DNA from: Lama guanicoe
Taxonomy: Eukaryota
NCBI GenBank assembly: GCA_013239625.1
Contig: MU053881.1
Span: 4,857,957 to 4,921,956, forward strand
Reading direction: 5' to 3'
DNA length: 64,000 nucleotides
The notes under the pieces were generated by a model that worked only from the letters and a program-made list of their open reading frames with translations, was not told the DNA's origin and did not search any database. The position numbers and the translations under genes are program-made. Shown piece by piece: positions 36,750 through 51,156 of this stretch (positions within the stretch are counted from its first letter, which is position 1; the number at the start of each line of letters is the position of its first letter).

Positions 36750-39630
36750 TCAAACAGAGTCCTTCAAAGACAAAGCTTGAAAAATAAATTTCCCCACCTT
36801 AAGAAGCTTTAAAAAAAAGAACAAAGCTAACCAAAAATATATAAGGAGGGAAATAATAAAGATAAGAGCAGAAATCAATAAAACAGAACATAAACACACA
36901 CAGTAGAGAAAGTTAACAAAGCAAAAAGCTGGTTCTTTGAAAATATGGAAATTGATACCCTCTGCTACCCTCATCCCCATCCCCAGCTATATTGCTCAAT
37001 CACCTAGACCTAAAATGAAAAAGAGGTTATCACCTCAGAATCTAGAACCATTAAAAAGATAATATGAAAATGCTATGTCAAGAAGTTCAACAACTTGAAT
37101 GAAATGGACAAATTTATTGAAATGTAACTTAACAAAACTGACACAAGAAGAATTGGAAAATCTGAATAGCCCATTTCTAGTAAAGAAATTTCTAGTTTTT
37201 GAATTTATCAAAAAATATTCCCAAAAGAAAACCCAGAGGATTTTAATGGAAAATTCTATCAAATGTACAATAAAGAGATAAAGTCAATCTTGGCAAAAAT
37301 TTTCAAAAATGAAGAAAGATGATAGTCTAATTCATTCTCTAAGGCCTGTATCCCCAAATACCTAACCTGACAAAGAAAGAAAATTACAGACCAATATCCC
37401 TTTTGAATACACACATAAAAATAATTGACAAAATATTAGCGACAGAATCCAACTTAAAATACTGGAATAGAATCTCACAGAATATTTGCAAAAGACTCTA
37501 ATATAAAAAGGAAAATACATCATAAACAAATAGAGTTTACTCCAAGAACAGAAGGTTGGTTTAATCAAAAATCAGTTAATGTAATTCACCACATTAACAG
37601 GGGGATATGTGATATAAAACCAAGAATAAGGGAGAACAAAGTGTTCCAATAAATGCGCACACACACAGAAAGTAAATGACAGTATTCAACATCCATTCAT
37701 GATGAATCAAACTAGAAAAATAAGGGAACTTACTCAAAATGACACAGAGCATCTCATCTACAAAAAAGGCTACAGCCAACACCAACTTAAAGGTGAAAGC
37801 TTCCCCTCTGAGATTGCAAACATAGCAATCACCACTTCTATTTAATGTCCTAGACATTGCAAGAAATAGAATTAAAAGGCATAATGATCAAGAATGAAGG
37901 AAAAAGCCCAACTCTATTTGCAGGCGATGACTGCTTAAACAGAAAATCCCAGGGCATCTACATACCTACTACTGGAACTAATAAACTTAGCAAGATATAT
38001 ATTAGCAACAAAGAGTTTGAAATTCAAAAATGAGTCCATTTACAGCAGTACCAAAAAATATAAGATACCCAGGAATAAATCTAACAAAGGATAAAAGATG
38101 TTCAAGCACTCTACACTGAAAACTATAAAAGAAGACACAATGAAATTAAAGAAGACTTAATTAGATGTAAAGAGATAGCAAGTTTATGGATTGAAAGCCT
38201 CCATTCTACTAACACGGTAAATTCTCTCCAAATTGATTTACAAATTCAAAGCAATTCCAATCAAAACTTCAGGAAACTTTTTTTTTGGTAAAAAGTTGTA
38301 AACTGATTTCAAAATGTACATGGTCATGCAAAGGCCCTAGAATAGCCAAAACAACTTTGAAAGGGAAGAACAAAATTGGAAGACTAACAAGGACTAACAC
38401 TATCAGACTTAAAAGATTTACTATAAAATTACAGTAACATACTGTGTATTCACATAAAGGCAGACAAACAGAATACAGAGTCCAGAAGTAGACCCATACA
38501 TATAGGGTCAACTGATTTTACAAAGATACAAAAACAATTCAATGGGAAAAGGAAAGTCCTTTCAATAAATGGTGCTTGATGAACTGGATAGTCACATGGG
38601 GAAAAAAAAAATCAACTCTTAGCTTTTACACCACACATAAAAATTAACCTGAAAACGATCACACACCTAACTGTTAATTAAAAAATTTTGCTCTTTGGAA
38701 GATGTCAGTGAGAAAACAAAAAGGCAATCCAAAGACTAGAATAAAGTATTTTCTATATATATATATATATATATATCACAAAAAGAACTTGTATCTAAAG
38801 AACTTTTAGAAGACAAGGGCTTTAAATGGCTAAACATTTTATTTAACAGATGCTTCACACACACAAAATATATGAATAGCCAATAAATTTGGTAAAGATG
38901 TTCAACATCATTAATCAAAGAAATGCAAATTAAGACCACAATGAGATACCACCACACACCCATTAGGTTAATTAAAATTAAGAAGGTTGACCCTACTAAC
39001 TGCTGGCAAGGATGTAAACCTACCAGAATCCTCCTACACTGTTTTTGAGAATGTAAAATGGTACAGACACTTCGGAAAACAGTTTGGCAATTTCTTATAA
39101 AGTTACTCCTATGTATATAACCAAGAGAGATTAAAACATATGTCCACCTAAACATTTGTACAAGAATATTCACTGTAGCACTGTTACTGCAAAAGCTAGA
39201 AACCACTGAAGTATCCATCAACAGAAGAATGGATAAACAAACTGTGGTATATCTATTATAATGAAATACTACTCAGCAATGAAAAGGATTTAACTATTGA
39301 TACAGGCAAAAACATGGAGGAACTTTAAAATAATTATGCAGAGTGATAGTAGCCAGGCAAAAAAAGAGAACATATTGTAGGATTCTGTTAATACAAAATT
39401 TTAGAAAATGTAAACTAATCTATCATGACAAAAAGCAGATTGTGGCTATCTGAGGATAGAAGGGAGGGAGAGGATTAGCTTACAAAGGGGCACTAGGAAA
39501 CTTTTGGAGGTGATAAAAATGTTCAAATGATCTTGACTGGTTTCACATGTATATACACATGTCCAAATTAATCAAATAATACTTTTTAAATATGTAGTTA
39601 CTATACTTCAATTACATCTTAGTAAAGTTG
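36750..39630 (+). mobile_element. Degenerate L1 ORF2 plus 3'UTR (~2.9 kb), antisense to CREBRF
   Basis: Continuous L1 motifs (GGAAATAATAAAGATAAGAGCAGAAATCAAT, CCAGGAATAAATCTAACAAAG, GAAATGCAAATTAAGACCACAATGAGATACCAC); (TA)n at 38753-38775. Confidence 0.85.
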
Positions 39631-42134
39631 TGAGGGGGAGCTCATTTCCAGTTTCAACACACAGGATTCCTATGGTCTGAAATAACTCTCTACCACTTTA
39701 CAGACTGCTTTGCAACAGTGATTTGTTATTCCTCATCTATTAATACTGAGAAGAGACCAATCTAGACTGATACTGAAGAGGAAAGTGAGAAATAATTGGG
39801 AGGAAAGCAGTTTAAAATGACATGTAGGGACAATATATATAAAATGTGTCACTAAACAAGGAAAGCGCAACTGACTCCCTAAATCACATGAAGCAAGAAA
39901 TTTATGCTTCTTTTCAATGAATAACTGAGAGAGAACACCATTTTCTCAAATATAAGTAAGGACCTTTACAGGCAGTCTGGATTTATGAGAAGCAATGAGG
40001 TTCCCCCATCCTCAACAGGTAAAATAACCTGGTTACCTTTAAAAAGAAGGAAAAAAAACCCACTATAAAATCGAAACTGAAACAGAACAGAAGAGCTCTT
40101 CTCAATCCGGGCAGCACCCATGCCGGGACACTGGGGGCCGGCAGGGCAGAGGAGTAGGGCTCTATTTAACACCATCAAAAACCCCTGGGTGAGGAAGTGG
40201 AGGCATCTGGCTCAGAAAGTGAGGACAAACACTCAACCTGTAACAGATCCCTCCTGCTTTGATTTTATGTTCATCCAAGAATTTTCTAGTTTTAATTTTC
40301 TCACATAGCTTGCTTAGGGACAAAATACGCTGATCAGGGTGAAGGTCCAGTCCTCTTAGCAGTTTTACTTCTCATTCTGAGTCAACAAACCTACATGTGA
40401 CTCACAGGGCAGCTTCTGGTGGGTAGGAGGAGTCAACAGGAGGAGGAGGTTTGGCAGGACAGGACAGGACAGGGTGAGTAGAACAGTACTGGGTCCCTGA
40501 AGCTAGTGTTTGGAATGGTGCTAGCTAATAACAAATTAGAAAGGATAAGAATGACAGAGTACATTTTTCATAAAGCATATTTTATTCTATTCTGAGTTTA
40601 CGCCTGTCTCAATGTTTTAGAGCTAAAATGTCCTTTCTTGTATGAAATTACAGGGGTCATGGATGATGTTCTTTTTAATCTCCTTACCTGGCAAAATATA
40701 AACCTGGCCATCCTATGGGTCCCAAGTCCCCAGATCTTTTTCAAATGTCACTGATTTGTGAATCACAAATTCTAGAAACCATTAGGTCAATAGATAGACA
40801 GTGGATAAAACTGTTCCACAAAACAGTAACGGAGTGACTCACAGCTACTGAGAGGAATCAAGGACACTGTTCCCTTGAGAGACGTATCAGAAACTCTGGG
40901 AAGAATTTTCAAACTACATGTGGCAAACCACACAGGATTATCTCATTGGTTCGGAGACGTCTTCTAAACCAATAGTCAAGGCTGTTCTTTCCCAAGACTG
41001 GAGAAGAGAAGCTAGTAAGACAGAAGGGGAAGGTCGTCTCCCTCTGTGCTGACTAACTAAGAAGAAAATGCTACCCTTTAAAGACAGGCCCTTCCCTACA
41101 TGTAAATATCAGAGGCTTTAAGTTAGCTTTGGAAACAAGAAAATTTAAGTCAGCCATCAAAAACTCAATTTGAGATTGAACATATTCAGAAATACACACC
41201 GTCCTGGCCCTTACCAACTCCCCAGTTGTTCTCCACCCCAGAGTGGAGAACATGTGTGTGTGGGCGTGCATGTACATACATACAAATGCAAAAATATATG
41301 GCCACACAGGTGTACATCTTTATGGATAGATAGATATATTAACTGAACCACACAAACAGATGCCTACATGTGTCCAGAGAAAAAGAGACCCAGAGGCTCC
41401 TAGTGGCCCATCACCTCTCCCTGCAGTGTGAGTCACTGGGCTCTGAAATATGAATGCCCAAGACATTGCAATTGTTGTACAGATATACTCACAGAGTGTA
41501 AGGTCAAAATGCTTCAGCAGCAAGAAAGAATAATAGGAAAATGGGTAGACTGCCACTCCAACAAACCAACTCTTATTTTACTTAATTCATATACCTTGAT
41601 AAGAGTTCCTGTGTAGCCATTAATAAATAAAACCATCAGTTCATTTCACAGGTTGTAAACGTCACAGTTGGAAATCCCCTTTCTGTCCTCACAAATGGAA
41701 ACAAGATCATCAAGATAAAGGATTAAGAAAAACTGCACAATGTTAATTGAGCACTTGTGTGCCAGACATCATGCTGGACTTAAGAAAAGCTCTGGAAACA
41801 AATAATCATTGCTCATTTAGCCACTGTTTCACTTTTGGACACAACTTAGCCCAAGAGCTACACAGGGAAGAGTACAATTTTAGAGGCAAAGGAATATACG
41901 GCCTTTTATGTTACCAGGCTTAAGAAAGAGCAACAGAGCAAGGGGGGAAGGAGGGGGTTGCTTATTAAAAGCAGAGCTTTCCAGCCCTCTGGTATGCTGC
42001 AGAAGTGTTCCACATGTGTGAGACAATGATCCTCTCAGCCAGGAGCAGCCTACTCTGTTATATTAGAGGATGCCTTAGAGATGACAGTTTTCCGCACGTG
42101 CCGTGATGTGAAAGACCGGAAGCAATGATCTAAG

Positions 42135-42320
42135 CCAAGAGTTCCCAAACATGTGCTAGGATGGCTGCGTAAGAGTAATCTGGGGAAATGGTAAAAATAT
42201 GGATTCCCAGGTTCCACTTGCATAGATTACAATTCAGAGGATCTGGGGAGAAGCCTAGGAGTCCACATTTTAACATGTATGCACAGATGATTCTAATGGG
42301 CAATCAAATTTATAAAACAT
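42135..42320. mobile_element. MER5-like hAT MITE
   Basis: GATTCCCAGGTTCCAC...CATTTTAACA...GATGATTCTAATG pattern. Confidence 0.5.
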
Positions 42321-42660
42321 GTATCTAAACTATCCACTGAAAGGTTAAAATATACATTAGCCAATAAAATTGGCTAGCCCAGCAACATAACTGTAAAGCA
42401 GAAGCCAGAGAGTACCATGGTCACAACAGAATGAGCTCTTTAGGACAGAGATGAGATCTGGCTTGAGGAGCCACAGATACAGACACACTAACAGGAGGAT
42501 GTGAACGACTGAGAGCGAGCGTGTAGCTTACTGAGTGGACGAACAAAAGAGGCCGAAAACTGGGCAGGATACATGGAAAGCAAAAAACAAAACCAAAGAA
42601 AAAGAGAATGGTCACCAAGGTAAAAGGAAGTTTATCAAATTCTTAAAAGTGTAAGTTTAC

Positions 42661-42734
42661 CATATTCTGTGTTGAGGCCCCATAACTTCACTTTATTAGC
42701 TTCATACTGTGCTTTTTTCTTTAACCGACAAGCC
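42661..42734 (-). CDS. CREBRF: CREBRF exon 7, (R)ACRLKKKAQYEANKVKLWGLNTEY(D)
   Basis: 74 nt, TCACAG acceptor, GTAAAC donor; bZIP region. Confidence 0.95.
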
Positions 42735-42949
42735 CTGTGAAAGGAAGGAGCAATCAGTTCAGCCTTTTTCAAGTGAACATTCAAAATATACTTCTTTTTG
42801 CTGCTGTCAGACATCTTCTAACAGCAACCAAAAATCACTGCCTACTGATGTTTATCTCAAGGGACTCAGTTATTCCAAAACATACAATATAATCATTTAC
42901 CCAAACTTATTTCTTTAAATTTTAGCATACATTCAAAAATAAAGCTGCG

Positions 42950-43690
42950 GCCAGTACACTGAAGTAATAAACAAACAAAAACTGACAATACCCAGTGCTA
43001 TAGAAGATGTGGAGTAAGCGGAACCTTCATATGTTGCTGGTGGGGATGTAAAATATAGTACATTCGGCTACTTTGGAAAATAGTAGATATTTCTGAAAAT
43101 TTATTTCATTCCTTTGGAAATAGCTACTCTTGCTTTTTCTTATAAAGGTAAACATACACTCCTGGCTATTTCCGCAAGAGAAATGAAAACTTACGTTTCC
43201 ATAAACACCTGTAAGTGAATGTTCATGGTGACCTTATTCCTAACCGCCAAAAACTGAAAATCACTCAAATACCCTTCAGCTGGTGAGCGGATGCATGGCA
43301 GCATGTCACTCTAAAGGACTACTACTATCAATAAAAAGGAACAAGCTATTTTTTCACACAGCAACATGGATGAATCCCAAATTCACTGTGTGTGAAATCA
43401 AAGCCAGACTCAAAAGGCTACATATGGTATGATTCCATTTATATGGCATTCCAGAAAAGTCGAAACTGAAGGAACAGAAAACAGATTAATGGTTGCAATG
43501 GGTGAGGAGTGAGAGAAGGAGTTCACTTTTACAAAGAGGCATAAGAAAAAATTTTAAGGTGATAAAAATGTTCAGTATCTTGATTGCGGTCATGCTTACA
43601 TGATTGGATATGTTTGTCAAAACTCACAGAAGTGTACACTAAAAGGGATGAATTCTACCATAAGTTAAGTCATACCTCCATTTAAAAAAA
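42950..43690 (+). mobile_element. Old L1 3' end (L1ME/MB-like)
   Basis: GTTGCTGGTGGGGATGTAAAAT...GTATGATTCCATTTATATG...GTCAAAACTCACAGAAGTGTACACTAAAA. Confidence 0.75.
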
Positions 43691-43980
43691 AACACCCTGA
43701 CTTACTTCAAAACAAACAAAAAATAAAGCTATGATAAAAATTTTCATTGTTATACTGTAAGGCTCTTGAGTTCATTCACCTCTCCTCTTTAAAAACTTCC
43801 TCCATGAAGCATAAATACCGTCTTTTACTTTCAAAGGAAAAATTGTAATACTCTCATTGCACTATTTATAAAAGTATATTTCTCAATAAATGGCCGAGGG
43901 TCATCTCTACAAAAGCTCACTGGAAGTCGAACCCCACCTCCTAGACTTCAATCGCATGAATGAACAGGATGAGCATTTAC

Positions 43981-44170
43981 CTGGAAGCCAGCTTATTTTT
44001 TTCCTTCCTTGACCTTGGCCGCGCCGTTAAGGGAAGCTCACTAACTGGAGTCAGGTCACTGATCACCTTATTCAGCTTCCGTAGTTCATTGCCTATCTGG
44101 AGAAGTTTTTTAGGATTTGGAGTCAGGTCTTCTACATCCGTTCTCCGTGACTTCTTTACAGCGTACTTCC
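43981..44170 (-). CDS. CREBRF: CREBRF exon 6, (G)[62 protein letters not shown](R)
   Basis: 190 nt, ATAG acceptor, GTAAAT donor; start of the bZIP basic region. Confidence 0.95.
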
Positions 44171-45801
44171 CTATAGATGGTTTAAAAGAAGCTTAAGTGA
44201 GATCATCCTATTTTTATTTAACAAGAGGTACATTTTCTACAGCCACATTTTAAAACCCCATTTCTCCCCTCCCCCCTTTCTTTTTCAGAAGTCTCAGCAT
44301 GTGAACAACCTATGCTAGGGGGCTGCCCTCCTCTCAGACTTCCCAGCTTGTGAAACGGGAATAACACTGCACGACTCCAGCCTGTTCCCAGCCCTTCTCC
44401 ACCTCAAGGTTTCTAGTCCCAGCATGACAGGTTCTTAATTATCTGCATGGCAGTAATAAGCATTTCAAACTCCAGGACTGGAGTGCAAGTTCACCTGCAC
44501 ACAAAAATCAGGGCTAGGGCACAGGATGTGGTCAGCAGAGAGTTTGAAAATTATATCCAAACCAAGACATTTTGCTATGACTGAAAATTTGTCAGACATG
44601 TATATTCCTGTGTTGGACTTAAAAGTCCAACAAGCAAAGATTGCCTTTTTGGAAACCACTTCTTCAATTAGTTTGATAAATAGCATTACAGAAGACTCAG
44701 GAAGTCTCTCCCTATGACTGCAGGTATTACAGTACCCTGAACAACTTCCCTAGCACTCACCACATGCTACCTGGACCTATTTATTGGATCTGTCTTTTCA
44801 TTTCTGGTAGAAAATTGATCTAAAGTCAAAAGCTAGGTCTTTATTCACTGTAAAGACAGTACAGACCTGAGTGCCAGTGGAGAGGGAAAATGACACACAA
44901 ATATACTTCTGATACAATTTCTATGTCAAAAACGCTTAGCTAAGTCTGTAGCATGAGTGACTACTGAACTGTTTATTGAGCTCCAAGCTTATGAGTGCCC
45001 TCCCTCTTCTCATACAGACATTGGAATAACATTTCTGCAGAAGAAATTCTACTTAACTACATCCTTCTGGGTGCACAGTTCAAAATGCAGCCTACCTAAG
45101 ATTATAAGCCCCTCCTGACTCCTAATACTCAGTTCTTTCTGCTCCATTCCTTTTCTCCACAATTATTCTTCCTCTCCTTTCCTTTTGCTCCTCTTTCTCC
45201 CCACCACTGTTTTGATTCCACTCTCCCGTTCACATTTAGGCCTGGAGAGTGGGCACGAGTGGAGGACAGAGATGCTGGAGCCCCAAGATGCTCTCCCTCC
45301 CCAACCCTTCTTGTTTACAGCAGCTGAGACAGGTGAGGGATCAGCAGTCCCCTGGTCATTTCCTGGGTAGGATATGTAGACTAACAAGTGACTAGAAATT
45401 GCTTTTACACAAGCTTTTCCCCCTGTTTAGGTGATGGCTCTCAACACGGATAAAAGCTATTTGTGAGTGAAGCGCAGTCACAGCAGACACAGCAGCTCCA
45501 CACTGTTCTACCCTCCAGCCCGCTCGGAAGGGCTGAACACCTGCAGACAGTGGATGATGATTAAGCATTGCGGTTTAGTACCTCTATTTAAAAGTGATGT
45601 GAAATGTCAGGGACAGATGGTTACTAAGACTTATCATGGTGACCACTTCATAGTGTATTCACATGTCAGATCACGATGTAGTACACCTGAAACTAACATA
45701 ATATTGTACGTCAACTGTATTTCAAAAAGAAGAAAGTAGAGAGAGAGGTAAGGAGGGAGGGAGGGAGGGACACAACATATGTGATCGCAATCCCCTCTTA
45801 C

Positions 45802-45996
45802 CATGGTGTAAGCCGTTTTTCTGATACATATTACTGGGCAAGGTGTCTCGGTTCCATTCAGATGGCCTTAGCATCCTCTCTTGCTGTGATGGTGTGAGCT
45901 GTTCACTATACTCCCAGAAGTACCTTCTTTTACCTCTCTTCCGAGAGGATATCGAAGTCATCTCCTTCAAGTCTTCTACAGAATCATTCTCATAGC
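45802..45996 (-). CDS. CREBRF: CREBRF exon 5, (G)YENDSVEDLKEMTSISSRKRGKRRYFWEY...WNRDTLPSNMYQKNGLHH(G)
   Basis: 195 nt, poly-T tract plus CAAG acceptor, GTAAG donor. Confidence 0.96.
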
Positions 45997-47530
45997 CTTG
46001 AAAAAAAAAAAAGCAGCCCCTCCCAATTTCTTAAGTTCCATAAATTTCAATGAACCAGTCAAGACACACAAAAATAACCCTTCTATTTGCCACCTGACAC
46101 ATTTCCTTTCATCTGAAAACATTATTAGCATGTCAAAGATAAAAAACCAAACCTATAAAGTAACTTTTAATATGGAAATCTCTAGCTCACAAAATATTTA
46201 GAGATTAATAAACAGAGATAACTACACTGTTTATCTTCCTTGGGTTTCTTTTTTTAGTGTAAGATACTTTTCTGTATCTTCACATAAGATTGAGAGAGTA
46301 ATGAAATATAGCCACAGGAATATCCAAAGTACCATTAGATAATGGTACTTACACACTATACTGTGATTTTAAATGTCTTCCGTCTAATATTTATGCACTG
46401 AAGCACTGCCAGACAGAGAGCTGTCTGCATTTCTGGGACGGCTTCCCACTAGGCGGAACTCTGTGAGGCAGCAGTGGTTTTCTTCCCACTTCCCACCCTT
46501 ACTGCTTTTGTAAAAGGACAAAAATGACAGCTCTCACACAGGTTATTCAAATAAAAACTTATATGCCTATTTGAACTAATATTTTATTGGAAGTAATTTG
46601 CATTTACTTCACTTTTTAATAAGTTATTTTCCCTACTAGTAGGTACTTGCACAAAATTCTTAATTCTGAGCTGCTAGAACTACTGGTTACACCCAATACA
46701 GGATGAGCTGTAAATCTGAAATACCCTTAGAGCATGCCCGTCTTAGAGGTATACTCCACATGATTAGTGCTGGATACCTGGGGCAGTGGAGATGGGCTGT
46801 GCATAGGATGTGCACAGCTCTAAACCTCAGGTGGCCAGGAAAAACTGGATGGCAATGGCCAAGCAAAATGATCACTCTCCCTCCTAAAAGCATGACTCCT
46901 CTGTAACTAACACTAAGAAAGTGATGACATCTGCACATTTTGGGAAAAACATAGGAGTTTAGAATTTTACCAGGTTTTCTTCAGATTAAAAATTAATTCG
47001 GAACATGATTCCATCTATACAACATTCTGGAAAAGGCAGAACTATAGGGACAAAGTGGTTGCCAGGAGTTGGGGGTGGAGGGAGGGGTTGCCTATAAAGA
47101 ACACGAGGGACATCTCGGGGTAATCCAACTATTCCATATCTTGATTATGGTGGCAGTGGTTACATGACTGCATGTACTTGTCAAAACTCAAAAGTAGTAC
47201 ACTTAATAAGGGGTAAATTTTACTGTGTGAAAATTTTACCTCAATAAGCATAACCTTTGAAAAAAGGATAGCAGAATGATTTTAAGGCAACAGTCAAATA
47301 AGCTTTTGTAACACTGCTGGCTTAACAGCATTATAATGCTCATGTAGTAATTCAGAACACGGCATGCAGTGTGACAGAGAACCTTAGATTCTTTTTTAAG
47401 AAATGATGCACAAGTGGAGTGACACAATCATTTCTAGAAACCTGATTTTTAAAAATTTTGTTAGATACATGAAGTGGTAACTTTGGCCTATTTACTTGTG
47501 TTAATGTTTCATTTTAAAGGATTTTATCTC

Positions 47531-47666
47531 GGGGGGGAGGGTATAGCTCAGTGGTAGAGTGCATGCTAAGCATGCACTCGGGTTCTGGGTTCAATCCCCA
47601 ATACCTCCATCAAAAAAAAAAAAAACCTAATTACCTCCCTCAACAAAATAAATAAATAAATAATTG
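47531..47666 (+). mobile_element. tRNA-derived SINE (same family)
   Basis: A/B boxes, A-rich tail, TSD AAAGGATTTTA(T/C)CT at 47516-47529 and 47667-47680. Confidence 0.85.
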
Positions 47667-50600
47667 AAAGGATTTTACCTTAGTCTAGTTATCAACCTAA
47701 CTTTGGAAAAGGTACAAAGACCACATGGTGCCATCAGAAATGGACTTTTTTCAAAAGACCCTTGCTCCACAAGGCCAAGTTAAAATTACTGGCCCACCAA
47801 GATTACCCTAGTATGGCTGGGAACACCTCAACACAGGGAGATACACCAACCAAAACACTCTCATCTTCCTATCAGGGTCGAGAACCGGTGTTCCACATCT
47901 AAGTCTACCTCAGCCCGAAGTATCAGGGAAACTTCCTTACACACAGCTTCCTCAGGCAACCCTCTCCTGTGCTTATCCGGTTTAATGGTCTAAGTGGATT
48001 TTTTTCCTGACATGTATTCCACGTTAAATTCAGAGTCATTAAGATTTGGATTTCTTCTGTACCATCCAAATTAGTTACCAGTTTTGTTTACTGAATGAAT
48101 TTCAGTCTTTTTCCAAAAAAGTATTTAAGGGACATCAGTTTTCTTTGACCTAATATTTTAACATTCTCTAATAGCATACACCATAAATTCATAATCTCAT
48201 ACACATACAATGGATTTGGTAAAAGTCATCCACTGTTCAATAGCGACTACTGTGATCAAGTAGATGCAGAAAAATTACATTCCCAGATCATTGGTCTTGC
48301 ATTAAAGGTAATTAAATATTTTTCAAAGTATGTTCTGAGGAACAATATTACTATAAGACATGCCTTCAATCCCAAGTGAGTTCCGTGGTCAAATAAGTTT
48401 TAAGAAACTCTCATCCTGCATGTTTCTCTTGCCAAGTCACAATATACGTAAGATCAGAAGATGGAGAAAAACCTGACAGTAAATAAACCCACTCCTCTCT
48501 AAGCTCCATGAAGATAAGGACCATGACTATTTTGCTCATCTCTGCATAGCCAGTAATCTAACACACACAGTGCCAAACACAAAAATAGGAAGCCCCTTCA
48601 ATTTCTTTTAAGAATCAGTGGTCTGTTTAATGTAACACTTCCTATGACGCTTTTCCCTTTTCTTTTCATTTGGTGGATTACCATGTTGATCTAACTTATT
48701 TCTCCCTGACACAATTACCAAATGGTATTCCAAAAGGCTGTATTTACTGCCTAAAATTCTGATCACATATCTTTGGTTAGTCTAGACTACTGCCATTAAG
48801 CCGGTAAAGTCAATCATGAAAATGTCTAGTAGGTATTACAAAATAAACTCTCATTCTGAGGGCCTAATTCTTAGCCTTATAACCATGTAATTCCATGACC
48901 CCAAACAGTTGTAGCCTGTCCACAGAATAGGCTCTATTAAAACCTGGGAGCAAGTCCAGAATAGGGACTGAAACTCCATTTTACACCTTTCCTGGAGCTT
49001 TGTAGGCTCAGGCACTGTTGTAGCCAACTGCCAAGAAACAGCATCAAGGGAGCGAGTCATCACAAAAGGGCCTTTGTGAACCGCCTGCTGCGAATTAAAC
49101 CAACCAGCCCACTCTAAAACTAGCACTCTGAAGAAACTATAACTATCCCCACTTTCCTGCTTCAAAGAATTTCTTCTTGCTTCTCACTTGCAATAATTCA
49201 CGCTTGTATTCCTAAAGTCGCTTCTTTAGCTCTTTCTTCCAAGAAGGGAAATTTTCATTAGCAAATGTGAATAAGCCCCCAAAATACCACAAAATATTGA
49301 TTTGTGGCTAAAGCATATCATTCACGAAAATTTGTGAGAGGTGTCCAGGCAATACTAACCGAAGAGCTTTTTACTTCAAGTCAACTGGAAGTGAAGTGAA
49401 TTAAATGCCATCCAAATGCATTAAACAGTGCCAAGAGAAGAGCTCTCTTTACCCTGCTGAGCACCAGGTAATGCATCTCTGCTTTAAAGCAGTGTCGCTT
49501 GCTTAATACCAGTGAGCTCACAAATCAGGCTTCTCCTACAAGCGACAGGGCAAGAGACTATGGCATGACAGGACATCACCAGCTGTAACACTGGTTCCCC
49601 CTCCCCATGAGAGTCAAAAGGCTGAGAAAATGGAAATGAGGATCAGTTTATAAAGTAGTCTCTCCTCATGGGCCTACTCATCTCTCAACATTTAGCCAAG
49701 TGAAACCAAGTCAAAAGATCAAGGATGAACTTAAACTGGAGTTAAAAGTCAAAGAAAAGCAAAACTACAACCAGAGATGGAATCAACAGCATAGTCCTTG
49801 CCTGTCTTGGTTGGTGACGAGGGGATTTATTGACTTCCTTGGATTTATATATTCCTTTAAGCATCAGTTGGTAAAGGTGTTTCTTCCCCATTCTTTCCAT
49901 TTCCAAGTCATCACCCTAGTTATTACTCCTTTTCTCACCATTCCCCTCCTTCCTACCCTAATTCTAAATACGGGACTCAAAACAACTCTCAAAGCAGATG
50001 TTATTAATCTGTTGAGAGAAAAGTTTTCCTGCTAAGTAGAAAAGACAACTGTTCTACTAGACTATACTGAGTCCTAAAGCAAACCAAGGAAAGGGCATAA
50101 GCTCTTTTCTTCCACAGCGAAGTACCTCTTCCTTACTTGAAATTCCACCCAACTCAAACAACTCAGTTGTATCAAATGCATAAATCTAAGCATTTGTGAA
50201 CAGAAAGATTTCACTCAGAGGAAAGTCTCTCGGCAATAGTAAGCTTCACCGGCTACAGTCTAGCTACTATGGCTGAAAAACCTTCCTGAAAATTAAATGT
50301 CAGCGTTTGTATAGCCGGAAATTCCAACAACGAAAGAGCTCTCCGACAATTCATAACTTTGTTTTCCTAATAACTTGGTCTTTTATGTAGAAGTTATAGT
50401 ATCAACATTATTTTTCATGAAAAAAAACTTCTGCTTAAATTTGAAGATCTCCACTTCTTTGTGCATTTTAAACTGTGTGCCACTTGGCAATACCATTTTC
50501 ATAAATAAACTGTACAAGCCAATGATGGCAAGAGCCCAACCATGTACTTGTTGGAGTGAACCAGTTCCCCAAAGGTTTCATTTTCTTCCTCCCTTTTATT

Positions 50601-51156
50601 TATATGCGCTATATATAAATACAGCAGAGGCTCCTTCATGCTCATTAAATTATAGCATGTATTTTTCTTACATGGAAAAATACTGCAAACGAAAGATGCA
50701 GCAGACACAAAGCAATGGCTCTCTTTTACATTATTCATTAAGTAGGTTTTGTTGGTTATAGGCATGAGTAATACAAACCATCATTGCTTCGTTCACCATT
50801 CCAGGGACTCCTAACTTACCTCAACTATAACAGAGGGACACATGCAGAAACAGAAAAAATTTTAAACCGATCAATTTTGGCATCTTTGCCCAGCTGCTCG
50901 ACAGAGTGACAAATCAGGTCACTTAGCATAAGATAAATTAAGAAGCCTTCGAGGAATCAGCATATGAACCACTCATGAGCAAAAGTGATTATCTGAGAGC
51001 TGTTTGAATAGATAAAAGCAATTACATGTCCAAGAGAAGACAGTAAGTCATTTAATCCCCAAACTAAGACAAAGAAAGCATCCACAGCAAAACTTCCTAT
51101 TTCAAGAGAGCAGGAAAAAGTCCGTTTGGTAATTAAGCCTCCCAACACTACAATAC

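Noticed and set aside
38736..39221. 161-aa minus-strand ORF
   Set aside because: Antisense reading of L1 3' sequence, a common spurious ORF.
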